A stretch of 63,950 nt of DNA, filler included, from Armatimonadota bacterium (lineage in GTDB: Bacteria > Armatimonadota > Fimbriimonadia > Fimbriimonadales > Fimbriimonadaceae): assembly GCA_031400935.1 (NCBI GenBank). It is 4 parts of 4 records of this genome, joined end to end, with 100 filler letters (N's around TTAATTAATTAA, not from the genome) between each part and the next. Parts side by side here need not be neighbours in the genome. Positions count along the whole stretch, not along the records: positions 1 to 30,939 come from JANNQV010000008.1; positions 31,040 to 46,885 come from JANNQV010000012.1; 2 more parts are not named here. One strand, written 5' to 3'. Within the stretch, counting starts at the first letter, position 1, and each line of letters starts with the position of its first letter. The translations under genes and the position numbers were made by a program. The notes beneath the pieces are model-generated. The model made no database searches. It was not told the origin of the DNA and saw only the letters and a list, made by a program, of their open reading frames with translations. Positions 21,686-31,216 of this stretch are shown here, piece by piece.

Positions 21686-22488
21686 GACCGAATGCTGCAC
21701 GAGACTTTGCAATTCTGATCGGACTCATCGTCTGCGGCACTATTATTGGGAGAATGCAAACCGTTGCCCGTAATTCTGGCTCGGTAGATTTGGTCTCTCG
21801 TATCGCACAAGCCGTTATCCATCCTGGCAGTAATCTCCTGACGAATCTCACAATTTCTACAAGCAACTTTTTTGCAGGCATTTCAAATTCTCAATCCTTG
21901 TTTGAGGAAAACCGGCGGTTGAAGCAGCTCGAAACCGCAGCACAACTGTATACGGAACAGCTTCGTTTCTACAAACAAGAGAACGACCAGCTACGAAAGC
22001 TGATCAATTTGCCTCCCACGAATGGAAAGCAGCGGATTCCAGCACAGATCATCATGTATGCCCCGTTAGAAAACCGCGTGACAATCAACCGTGGATCAAA
22101 CCATGGAATCAAACCCAACCTTCCTGTCGTAGCAGCAGAGGGACTCGTTGGCACCGTTCAAACGGTCTCCGCAAATTCGGCACAAATTGTACTGATTTCT
22201 TCCCCGCAGCTTCGAGTCGGCGCAGTTGTAAATCGCCAACCGAAGCCGTTTGGCATTATTCGCGGTGAATCCACAAACAAGATGATCCTGCAAATTTCGG
22301 ACATCAAGAGCACAGTCAAACCTGGCGACGTTGTTATGACATCGGGCTTAGGCGAACTCATACCCGGCGGAATCCCCATTGGCATCGTTTCTCTTCGAGA
22401 AACTGACGAGGAATATGGGGCATTGCAATGCCAAGTGTTTCCGTACGTTCGCATTGGTGACATACGCGAGGTGTACGTCTTGCGATGA
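21670..22488 (+). CDS. mreC: Rod shape-determining protein MreC (start uncertain; first ATG at 21754)
   Basis: Coiled coil EENRRLK...[29 protein letters not shown] helix encoded in frame upstream of first ATG. Confidence 0.9.
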   Translation: MIKAVRPNAARDFAILIGLIVCGTIIGRMQTVARNSGSVDLVSRIAQAVIHPGSNLLTNLTISTSNFFAGISNSQSLFEENRRLKQLETAAQLYTEQLRFYKQENDQLRKLINLPPTNGKQRIPAQIIMYAPLENRVTINRGSNHGIKPNLPVVAAEGLVGTVQTVSANSAQIVLISSPQLRVGAVVNRQPKPFGIIRGESTNKMILQISDIKSTVKPGDVVMTSGLGELIPGGIPIGIVSLRETDEEYGALQCQVFPYVRIGDIREVYVLR

Positions 22489-22967
22489 ATTCTCGGCTAA
22501 ACATAATCGTTGCAATTATCTTGGGCTGGTCAGCAATTTGCCTGCAAGTATCTGTCGCACCGCGGATCGCTCTCTTTGGAGCACTTCCCGATTTCCCACT
22601 AATCGTTCTGCTCGCATTTTGCCCAGCACTTTCACGGGTTCAGGCGGCGGTTTTTGGATTTTTTCTTGCAATTGGATATGGCGGCACCATCGGTGCAAAC
22701 TTATGGCAATGTGTAGTTTCGTATACAATCTCTGGCTTCGTTTTAGCTTGGATTAACGACAATCGAGTAACCCCAAACGTTCCTGTAATGTTTGCTACAG
22801 GCTTTTTCGGGACAATTCTTGCCCGCCTCCTCTTTATGTTTGTTGCCGCACCCCCCGGCATTACAAGCTACTTGGGGGCTACAATTCTCTCGGCGCTGTA
22901 CAACGGAGTACTAATACTGCCTTTGTATGCACTTTTGAAACGATTTTTAGACCCAGCGTTTCGATGA
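22485..22967 (+). CDS. mreD: Rod shape-determining protein MreD
   Basis: Hydrophobic, PDFPLI motif, ATGA overlap with mreC. Confidence 0.8.
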   Translation: MNSRLNIIVAIILGWSAICLQVSVAPRIALFGALPDFPLIVLLAFCPALSRVQAAVFGFFLAIGYGGTIGANLWQCVVSYTISGFVLAWINDNRVTPNVPVMFATGFFGTILARLLFMFVAAPPGITSYLGATILSALYNGVLILPLYALLKRFLDPAFR

Positions 22968-22989
22968 CGAAACCAAGTAAGGAAAATTC

Positions 22990-24243
22990 ATGAGCGAGCA
23001 TATCAATGTTTTGCAGATGGCGCGAAATCAACTCGCCCATGCTGCCCAGCACCTTAACCTTGACGAGGGAATGCATGCCGTTTTGGCGCAACCCAAAAGG
23101 CAACTAATCGTCCATTTCCCGGTTGTCTTTGATGACGGTTCCGTCCACGTTTTTGAAGGCTATCGAGTTCAGCATAACACGTCGCGCGGACCCACTAAAG
23201 GCGGCATTCGCTTCCATCCCGACGTTGATGTGGATGAAACAACCGCTCTTGCTATGTGGATGACTTGGAAATGCGCTGTTGCCGATATTCCTTATGGCGG
23301 CGCGAAGGGTTCGGTCAAAGTTGACCCTAAGACCCTAAGCCAACGAGAAATTGAAAGGCTGACCCGCCGATATGCCACTGAGATCAACATCGTTATCGGA
23401 GAACGAGGCGATATTCCCGCGCCAGACATAGGTACCAATCCGCAAACCATGGCTTGGATCATGGACACAATCTCTATGCAAGCCGGATATACAACGCCGG
23501 GCGTAGTGACCGGAAAACCGATTGCACTTGGCGGTTCACAGGGGCGAGTTGAGGCTACTGGGCGTGGCGTCGTAGTTAGCGCATTGGAAGCATGCCAGCG
23601 ACTTGGAACCACTCTTTCAGGTTCCAAAGTTGTTGTTCAAGGATTTGGAAACGTGGGATCAATTGCGGCCATGCTCGCCGAACGAGAGGGCGCGATAGTC
23701 GTTGCTGTGAGCGATGCAAAGGGAGCCATCTATAACGAAAACGGCCTCCCAATCCATGACCTTTATCACAAGTACAGCGGAATGGATGGCGGAATCATGA
23801 ATTTCAAAGACGCGACGGTCGTTTCGAATTCTGAGCTATTGGCTCTGCCATGCGACGTACTCATGCCATCAGCAATTCAGGCTCAAATAACTGCCGAGAA
23901 CGCTAACGATATCAAAGCAAAAATCGTTGTCGAAGGCGCAAACGGCCCAACAACTAATGAAGCCGACTCGATTCTTTCAGATAGAGGAGTTCTTGTTGTG
24001 CCTGATATCCTAGCCAACTCTGGTGGAGTCATCTGTAGCTATTTTGAGTGGGTTCAAGACCTTCAGAACTTCTTTTGGGAAGAAAATGAAGTCAATCAAA
24101 AGCTTGAAAGGCACATGTCTCGCTCATTTGCGCAGGTGTGGGACACGATGCAGTCCCATAAAACCGATATGCGTACTGCTGCGATGATTATTGGCGTGAG
24201 GCGAGTCGTTGATGCAACGACAATGCGCGGCATCTTCCCGTAA
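22990..24243 (+). CDS. gdhA: Glu/Leu/Phe/Val dehydrogenase (glutamate dehydrogenase)
   Basis: GPTKGGIRF, GGAKG, DIPAPD, VQGFGNVG, EGANGP. Confidence 0.95.
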   Translation: MSEHINVLQMARNQLAHAAQHLNLDEGMHAVLAQPKRQLIVHFPVVFDDGSVHVFEGYRVQHNTSRGPTKGGIRFHPDVDVDETTALAMWMTWKCAVADIPYGGAKGSVKVDPKTLSQREIERLTRRYATEINIVIGERGDIPAPDIGTNPQTMAWIMDTISMQAGYTTPGVVTGKPIALGGSQGRVEATGRGVVVSALEACQRLGTTLSGSKVVVQGFGNVGSIAAMLAEREGAIVVAVSDAKGAIYNENGLPIHDLYHKYSGMDGGIMNFKDATVVSNSELLALPCDVLMPSAIQAQITAENANDIKAKIVVEGANGPTTNEADSILSDRGVLVVPDILANSGGVICSYFEWVQDLQNFFWEENEVNQKLERHMSRSFAQVWDTMQSHKTDMRTAAMIIGVRRVVDATTMRGIFP

Positions 24244-24298
24244 GGTTCAGGCACCGGAAGCGAGATGGCTTGTGAAGAAACGCTGCGCGGCAGAGTAT

Positions 24299-24499
24299 AT
24301 GTACATGGCTCCAATCGCAAAGAACCTATTAGCTTTCGTGGTTCTCGTGTTGGGTTTCGTGCTCTATGGACTGGGTGCGGCTCATATTGGTGGGCCAAGT
24401 TTTGGATTGTATTGGATGAGATCTGCGGCGGTGATGGTAGTTGGTATTTGCCTAATCCTTGTTTCGCTTCGAATCATGTGGCGCCAACGTGAGCCGTAG
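24299..24499 (+). CDS. Small two-TM membrane protein
   Basis: Two hydrophobic segments in 66 aa. Confidence 0.5.
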   Translation: MYMAPIAKNLLAFVVLVLGFVLYGLGAAHIGGPSFGLYWMRSAAVMVVGICLILVSLRIMWRQREP

Positions 24500-24616
24500 C
24501 TCATTTTGCACTGTTACGATTCGGTTGCTCGACGGGTGAGGCTGGCAGATCGTGATCCGGGTGGCACTATGTCCAGGTCACTCGTCGAAAAGACTGAAAG
24601 ATAGCCTGTGCACGAG

Positions 24617-25195
24617 CTAGTGAATCGGGTCAATAAATGACTCAATCTCAGCAATTCGAATCTGTCCTTTCTCTTTGAAGAAAGTTATTGATGCCCTCAT
24701 ACGGTATTTGGGTTTCTGCGTCGCATCAATGAGGCAATATCGCGGCTTTCCGTTCTTCATTTCGAGAACCATTGGCAATGTCGATAAGTGATGCCAGAAC
24801 CATGCAAAAACTATGTTTCCTTTAACATCGGAGTATGGAGCGGCGAATCCAGCTGTTGGACCAGGAAGAAATCGGTATCCTTCAAAACTGTGTAGGAATT
24901 CTCCTTTTGATTGTCCAAAGGTGTTTCGAATTAAGCGCCGATCTTGATAGTATGCGGCGGTGAAAGTAACCTTTCGCTGTTGACTCACATAAGGAGCAAT
25001 ACTCTTAGCTTTAGCTGTCTTTAGCCGAGCTTAAACCGACTCTAACTCCGCACTTGATAGCCGAACAGGTGTTATCGGCTTGACCTTCAGCACGTAAGTA
25101 GTTTTGGTTTGGGGGCAGGCATGCGCGCTCGATACAACAACAGTAAACAAGAACATAGCTCGAACTGCCTGTCGAACTTTGAACACGCAGTTCAT
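24617..25195 (-). pseudogene. Secreted hypothetical protein with one in-frame TAA (25033-25031); paralog of 29602-30171
   Basis: Frame continues ...SAELESV*ARLKTAKAKSIAPYVSQQRK...; shares KGN..AWFW, GKPRY..ID, IESFI with paralog. Confidence 0.7.
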
Positions 25196-25231
25196 TTCAT
25201 TCACTCCAAATAATTGTGGACATAGAGCTGC

Positions 25232-26059
25232 CTACGGAGCTTTGACTTGCCACGACATGTTCACCGAGCACCAATCCTTTGGTATTGGCAAGCTATTACT
25301 ATCGTAGTTTTGAAAGAAAATTTGTATGTATGGCTTGCCCTTCTTTGACCAAAAGGTTGTACCGTTTACATGTCTCTGAATGTCCCAATTGCCGGATTTT
25401 TCTAGAATCTCAGTCCAACGCGGATACGCAGTCGCCTTGTGCTCCTTAACGTACCACGTGAAGTTATAGTACTCACCAATATCTATCAAATTATTATAGG
25501 AGATCACTTCCGGGACGCGTTGAATTTCGGCGATTGGGATACTAGGCGCATTCGCGGGCATGGGAATTGCGTTCTTCGCCTTCTCGGGCCAATTGCTGGG
25601 AGTCGGACCCACGACAAGCGGCCATTCGAAAATTGAAACGTGTGTATATGTATCTCGATCAACGTACGCTGCAGCACGTTGATTGGGAAAGGGGCTGGGA
25701 GCCGGAACCAGACGTCCTGGCTGCGTATAGATCGTAATGGTGCGATCTGAGAGATGCAAAGTGTTCCACCTACCACCTGTATCCGAATGACCAAAACCCT
25801 TTGAATCGTAACCCTCTCCCAATTCGGCAGTTACTGCATCTTGAGTTTTCTTCACTTCCCAATCCAAAGCAATAGATCGAAATCCACGGATTGAAGATGT
25901 CTGTGCGTTAACACTCTTTGGCGCAAGCTTGGAAAGGACGATTGGGAGGTGAGAGGGCATGTACCCTTGGATCGGAATCCGGCTTGGCACTTCAGCAACT
26001 TGGGGTTTTGTCTCCCCTAGGCTGTGAGAAGTGAATACGAGTGCGAGAAGGCTTAACAT
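25232..26059 (-). CDS. Secreted hypothetical protein
   Basis: MLSLLALVF signal peptide; TATAAT just upstream. Confidence 0.65.
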   Translation of the reverse strand: MLSLLALVFTSHSLGETKPQVAEVPSRIPIQGYMPSHLPIVLSKLAPKSVNAQTSSIRGFRSIALDWEVKKTQDAVTAELGEGYDSKGFGHSDTGGRWNTLHLSDRTITIYTQPGRLVPAPSPFPNQRAAAYVDRDTYTHVSIFEWPLVVGPTPSNWPEKAKNAIPMPANAPSIPIAEIQRVPEVISYNNLIDIGEYYNFTWYVKEHKATAYPRWTEILEKSGNWDIQRHVNGTTFWSKKGKPYIQIFFQNYDSNSLPIPKDWCSVNMSWQVKAP

Positions 26060-26370
26060 CGCAGTTCCATTATACAGACTGTTCAACTGATGAACAATTT
26101 CTTCGGTGCATTGCGTTTCTCTTTGCCTTCCGCCAACCGTGCCACGATCAGGAGATACAACCAATTTCCCAGTGGTGCCCGATGGTTCTTTTCACAAACT
26201 GCCATTCGCGATGCGAGGCGGCGAGTGGACCCTTGACTTCACCAACGAAGTTCTCGCTCCAGGCTCGAAAGTAGATTCCCTTTGAGGTTTTCGCACGGTG
26301 GCTCAATCATCGGTCAAGGATCGACCATACGATAGAATAAGGTTGCATCCCTTTTGAAACCTGGTGAATC

Positions 26371-27357
26371 ATGATAGTCTCAATCCTAACACTAGCTCTC
26401 GCATCGGCCCTTGGGCGAGTTGAGGTCAACTGCATTGCACCTTCCAATTCAGGGGGATTTTACGTTTGTACTGGAAAGTTGTTTCATATCAGCCCAAACA
26501 GCCGGTCGCCTCAACTATTCCCTGGTATCGCGGCTAAACGGGTACTAGTAGCATCAAGGGGGCTTTACATTTACGGTGGAGGTGAATGGCAATATTACGA
26601 GGAGCCCATACGTAAAGCAACTCCAATTGTCCTGAATGGTAAGAAGGTTCCTGACTTAGAACTTGGTTTTGACGGCACAATTGCCTTCCAGGGGATCCAG
26701 GGATCAAATCGACTTTTTCGATTGACCAAATCCACGCTAGAGCCAATTGAGGACACTAAAGGAGTAACCGTTTTCCCAACTCTTGACACATTGTCAAAAT
26801 GGTCGCCCGTTTTTCTTGGCCGATCAAGTGATTTGTCAAGTGACATCCAATCGTACCGACTACCCATGGATACCATCGTAGAAAGCGGCAGCAAAGTAAT
26901 TGTGTCCAAATTGCCAATCAAGATCGCCCAAAAATTCCCTTTTGCTGCATACAAAACCGGTCTCGATGAGACTGTGATATTTTGTCAGGCAGATGGCTCT
27001 AGTTCAGTGAATGCCCTTCTCGTAACAGGAAAGAAATTTGAAATCAAACAAGAACTAAAGGTAACAGAGGGTAATCGCTTCTTTTCGGTTGTTCGAGCTC
27101 ACGGCACTCCAAAGGGAGCTAAGTTTCTTGTCAATGGGCTGAGCGAAGTTGGCGTTGTCGAATTAAGTGATGGAAAGCTTTCACTGCGACCACTCAAAAT
27201 CAAATTCGATCCGACCAAGGAGCTGCTTCATGTTGATTGGTCCAGCAAAGGAGAGATTTGGGTGTTTGGTTCAGTAGACATAAGAATTTGGAAGAATTAC
27301 AATAAAGCACCTAGTCGAACTATCACGTGGAAAGAAATGGGCTTAGGTACGAGGTAA
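26371..27357 (+). CDS. Secreted hypothetical protein, beta-rich
   Basis: 328-aa ORF with signal peptide. Confidence 0.65.
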   Translation: MIVSILTLALASALGRVEVNCIAPSNSGGFYVCTGKLFHISPNSRSPQLFPGIAAKRVLVASRGLYIYGGGEWQYYEEPIRKATPIVLNGKKVPDLELGFDGTIAFQGIQGSNRLFRLTKSTLEPIEDTKGVTVFPTLDTLSKWSPVFLGRSSDLSSDIQSYRLPMDTIVESGSKVIVSKLPIKIAQKFPFAAYKTGLDETVIFCQADGSSSVNALLVTGKKFEIKQELKVTEGNRFFSVVRAHGTPKGAKFLVNGLSEVGVVELSDGKLSLRPLKIKFDPTKELLHVDWSSKGEIWVFGSVDIRIWKNYNKAPSRTITWKEMGLGTR

Positions 27358-27455
27358 GCAGATTCGAATTCAATAATATTCTCTCCCACCGTGAACTATC
27401 GTGAAATAGAATGTAGATTCTGGCGTCTTAACACGTACAAAGATACAGGCACACC

Positions 27456-28160
27456 ATGATCACGTTAACTACCTTGTTCTTCATTGCAACATCGTTGCCT
27501 CAGCAACAAAAGCGCGATGAATTCATGATTATCGGCCGTCATAGGGCAGATTTTGGCGACAATCATTCGATCAACCCTCCATTCGACCTTAACTACCCTG
27601 ACTACGATCCCATTTGGAACGCTCATTCAAGTAGGGAATCACCTCCAACAGAGATTTTCTTCGCTGCCGGAACTTTTCTCAGTCGGTATTACCTACAAAT
27701 GTCAACTGGTGCCGATCCACCTGAGAAGCGAAAGTACTGGCTTGCACTCGAGTACAGGCGAAATCCAATGAACAAATGGGGATCAAACATAGTTTTCGAA
27801 TGGAAGGTACAGCTAGCTTACAAAAAACCTAAGTCCCTGCCCCCATCAAGCGGGACATTGGAAAAGATCCTCTATAACCGCGGCCTCCAAGTTGCTGGCC
27901 CGGTTTCAGCTCGAGTCAAAGCAGGACTCAAGGATAAAAGGGGTGTTGCTGCATATATGTTTTCCCCACCTGCGGAACCAGCTTTTGTTTACTGGTATGT
28001 CCTGCCAGATGGCACTGAGACTAAGAAGCTGTCTTATGATTCACCGTGGCCGGAGTATAACTGGAATGGGACAGTTCCTGATACTCCATTTCCCTACTTG
28101 ATAACGGTTAAAGAGAAGACTGAACTTGTTAAAGCTGGATGGAAATACAAGAGAGAATGA
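27456..28160 (+). CDS. Secreted hypothetical protein
   Basis: 234-aa ORF, short hydrophobic N-terminus. Confidence 0.65.
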   Translation: MITLTTLFFIATSLPQQQKRDEFMIIGRHRADFGDNHSINPPFDLNYPDYDPIWNAHSSRESPPTEIFFAAGTFLSRYYLQMSTGADPPEKRKYWLALEYRRNPMNKWGSNIVFEWKVQLAYKKPKSLPPSSGTLEKILYNRGLQVAGPVSARVKAGLKDKRGVAAYMFSPPAEPAFVYWYVLPDGTETKKLSYDSPWPEYNWNGTVPDTPFPYLITVKEKTELVKAGWKYKRE

Positions 28161-28217
28161 GGATTTTGATGGGCAACGGCAGGTGTCCAGCTCAGCCCTA
28201 GGAATTGTTGTGAAGTC

Positions 28218-29189
28218 ATGTCATTGTTGCTGTTCAGTTTTGTCCTGTTAAGTAATCTGAATATATCAGCTAAAGAAGAGTTGCCCCAACGAAACCTCGT
28301 ACCAGTACAAGGGTTTTCAATATCCAAGCGGCTTAAGAATGTAGTTGCCGTTGATGGGGACCTCATTATGCTTGGTACAGAGAAGGCTCTGAGGCAGATT
28401 CCTGGAAAAGGCAACTTAGGTTCAAGTTATATTCAATGGTCAAGCAACGAATCCGTTGTGACAGTTCTAACTAACGACCAACAAAAACTGTTCTCGCTCG
28501 ATGTCAGAACTAGCCAATATGTCATGGGTTCACGCCTGAGTAAATCCAGGCTAAGTAACATGTGGCTTCTTGGGGATGTTAGAGAACATGGAAAAGATCA
28601 GAAATCGGTTGAATTGACTCATCAAAGTGACTTTGGTGCAGTTTCCATGAAACATTTCGGCACTAAGGCAGGAATAAATCAGAGCTTAGAGTGGATTAGC
28701 AAGAAATCCGTTGCAAGCAAATTCTCAGGCTATATTCCTGATGAAGAACTTCATTCTCTTTTCATCCGAATAATTTCATCGAACCTTGCCCTCATTGGTC
28801 GAAATGCATTTACAGACGGCACGATGTGGGATCTCTATATCGCAGATTTTGGTCGCAAAAAGATCGAACCACTCACTAGTTACTTAGCGCGGCAGAACCT
28901 TGCGATTACGGAAACTGATAGGATCTATGGCCAGTGCGTTTCAGAGGTTAATGGACTTACGATAATCAAAGGTACAAGCTATAAATCACTCGAAAGCGCA
29001 GGAACTCCAATTACATTCACCCTTGACCCTAGCAGAAACATTGTCCAAGTTCAAAATGGTAAGGGGGCGAGCGATATCTGGTGCCAAACAAGTAAGCGGA
29101 ATCTAACTGTGCTGAGGAGAGGAAACAAGATTGTCACTAAATGGACAGAAATCCCAAAGGCACGGACTCGCGACAAGGCTGAAATGTAA
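28218..29189 (+). CDS. Secreted hypothetical protein
   Basis: 323-aa ORF with signal peptide. Confidence 0.65.
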   Translation: MSLLLFSFVLLSNLNISAKEELPQRNLVPVQGFSISKRLKNVVAVDGDLIMLGTEKALRQIPGKGNLGSSYIQWSSNESVVTVLTNDQQKLFSLDVRTSQYVMGSRLSKSRLSNMWLLGDVREHGKDQKSVELTHQSDFGAVSMKHFGTKAGINQSLEWISKKSVASKFSGYIPDEELHSLFIRIISSNLALIGRNAFTDGTMWDLYIADFGRKKIEPLTSYLARQNLAITETDRIYGQCVSEVNGLTIIKGTSYKSLESAGTPITFTLDPSRNIVQVQNGKGASDIWCQTSKRNLTVLRRGNKIVTKWTEIPKARTRDKAEM

Positions 29190-29371
29190 GTTTTCTCTTG
29201 TGCGTTCCATCTGTGGGGCGAAGATCGCGGTGAAGAAGCAACTAATGAGTAGAATTGGACTATGAGCACGACGGGTGAGAGGGTTAAGTTGTAATTGCTT
29301 TTCGTGGGTGGCACTGTCAAACGAGGAACGAGATTGGCAGTGAACAGGTTAGAAGTGAGTAGAATTGGGCC

Positions 29372-29605
29372 GTGATCACGAGCAATCTGAACGACGGAGA
29401 TCAATGCCAGGTCATTGGCGGCGTTCATGTTGGCAAATCGGGCATCGTTCGAGACATCAACACCAGCAAGACAGGCCATGTGACGATCACGGTGGTTCAA
29501 CCCAACGGTGATCGCTTCAAGACACTTGCCAGGAACGTTGTGGTTGTTTCGAAGTCAGATAAACCTGTCGATCGGGTGGAAAATGAGGTGAAGGACGCAG
29601 AATGA
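29372..29605 (+). CDS. KOW-motif small protein
   Basis: GDQCQVIGGVHVGKSGIVRD KOW signature. Confidence 0.75.
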   Translation: MITSNLNDGDQCQVIGGVHVGKSGIVRDINTSKTGHVTITVVQPNGDRFKTLARNVVVVSKSDKPVDRVENEVKDAE

Positions 29606-30171
29606 AGTCATCCTTATCCAAAGCCGCAGTAGTTGCGGCGTTACCGGTCTGGATGCTCTCGCTGGTCATGTTCCGCATACAAAACGCAGCAACTGCCGCA
29701 GAGCAAGACCGCACTGAAGTCCCATACGCAACTTTGACCGAGAAAGAGCTAAAGGACATTACGGCTCAAATCCGATCTGCGGATGCTGGCAAGCTAGCAA
29801 GCCTACTCAGCGACACGAAGAAAGTGGAGTTCGTTATTAAGGCCGTGGAACACGACGGCAAAGTTGTGACCACCCGCTATTCGCAATCGAAGAAAGAACT
29901 CTTGGGCAGCCTGGGCGCTTAAAGTTTCCACCCCGAAAGAGGCTACTTCAGTATGGGAACAGGCACTGCAGCCAAGGGCAATCAAACTTATGCTTGGTTC
30001 TGGGTTTACGTTCATTCGCACGCTCTAGAACGGGCGAAGTCCGGCAAACCGCGATATGTTGCAATCGACAAGTCGAAGAAGCCGGAGTCAGTCGCCGCTA
30101 TCGCGTGGTTTGTGCGAGAGAATGATAAACCCATGATCACTAGGATCGAGTCATTCATTTCAAACGACTAG
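29602..30171 (+). pseudogene. Secreted hypothetical protein with one in-frame TAA (29920-29922); paralog of 24617-25195
   Basis: ORFs 29602-29922 and 29953-30171 share one frame; the stop aligns with Tyr of the paralog. Confidence 0.7.
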
Positions 30172-30222
30172 CCAGGGCAGGTCATTGGCAATCGACGGGT
30201 GAACCTGCGTAATTCGTAATTC

Positions 30223-30939
30223 CTAATTCACTAAGTACCCCTTCAACTTTTCCTGCATTTCCTCAATCAGCTCTGCTTCCACAAAAATCCCATCTTCTCG
30301 GTATTCCATCTTTAACACCCTGCCGAAGTCGTAACACTCTTGAAGAAGCTGCGAGTGGGAGTAGGGCAAAAGCACCGTCACAGACCCTAAAAGCATCTTG
30401 ACCTGCTTTACCAAAGCTGCCATCAGGTCGTTCATGCCTTTCCCTGTGGTTGCAGAAATGGCGACAGAATCGGGGAATTCGGCTATCAGAGTTCGAAGGA
30501 GAAACGGATCAGTGACAAGGTCAATTTTGTTGAAAACCGTTACTACGGGCTGATTGGTTGCATCAAGTGCGGCTAGGGTTTCGATTACTGAGTCCATTTG
30601 CATTTCCCAAGCCGGATGCCCCACATCTACCACATGAAGAATGATGTCGGCAAAAGTCGCCTCTTCCAGAGTGGATTGAAAAGCGTTTACAAGGTGAGTC
30701 GGCAAGTTGCGGATGAAGCCAACCGTATCGGTAAGAAAAAGCGCGTAACCATCTGGCAGGTCAATTTTCCGAGTTGTTGGGTCGAGAGTCGCGAATGGCA
30801 TTGCATCTGCCAGAAGCTCTGTTCCTGCTATCCGGTTCATCAAGGTTGATTTCCCTGCTGACGTATAGCCGACAATGGTTGCGAAAGGAAATGGATGCTT
30901 TCTACGGCTTGCGCGCTGCTGGTCGCGATGCTTCTTTAC
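30223..30939 (-). CDS. hflX: GTPase HflX (5' truncated by contig end)
   Basis: VGYTSAGKSTL, FATLDPTTR, DTVGFI, NKID. Confidence 0.95.
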   Translation of the reverse strand, partial: VKKHRDQQRASRRKHPFPFATIVGYTSAGKSTLMNRIAGTELLADAMPFATLDPTTRKIDLPDGYALFLTDTVGFIRNLPTHLVNAFQSTLEEATFADIILHVVDVGHPAWEMQMDSVIETLAALDATNQPVVTVFNKIDLVTDPFLLRTLIAEFPDSVAISATTGKGMNDLMAALVKQVKMLLGSVTVLLPYSHSQLLQECYDFGRVLKMEYREDGIFVEAELIEEMQEKLKGYLVN

Positions 30940-31039
30940 NNNNNNNNNNNNNNNNNNNNNNNNNNNNNNNNNNNNNNNNNNNNTTAATTAATTAANNNNN
31001 NNNNNNNNNNNNNNNNNNNNNNNNNNNNNNNNNNNNNNN
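30940..31039. other. Artificial contig linker
   Basis: N44-TTAATTAATTAA-N44, stops in six frames. Confidence 0.98.
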
Positions 31040-31111
31040 ATCCCTGGGAAATATGAGATTGATGTGTTTGGGGGAAGGAATCCGAGGCTTTACGGGTCGT
31101 TGGTGGAATAG
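31040..31111 (+). CDS. 3' fragment, possibly carbon-nitrogen hydrolase C-terminus
   Basis: IPGKYEIDVFGGRNPRLYGSLVE*, resembling the D-x-F-x-x-R-x-P-x-LY end of that family. Confidence 0.35.
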   Translation: MPGKYEIDVFGGRNPRLYGSLVE

Positions 31112-31208
31112 TTAGCGGTTAGCGGTTAGCAGTTAGCGGTTGGCTGTTGGCAAAATAAGCTGAATTGTAAATCGACAAACTGCCAACCGCCTACCGCAAA
31201 CTGCTAAC
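31111..31208. repeat. Inverted heptamer arrays (GTTAGCG)n / (AACyGCy)n
   Basis: gttagcg repeated from 31111; complementary array at 31178-31208, between convergent genes. Confidence 0.8.
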
Positions 31209-31216
31209 TCCGCCCC

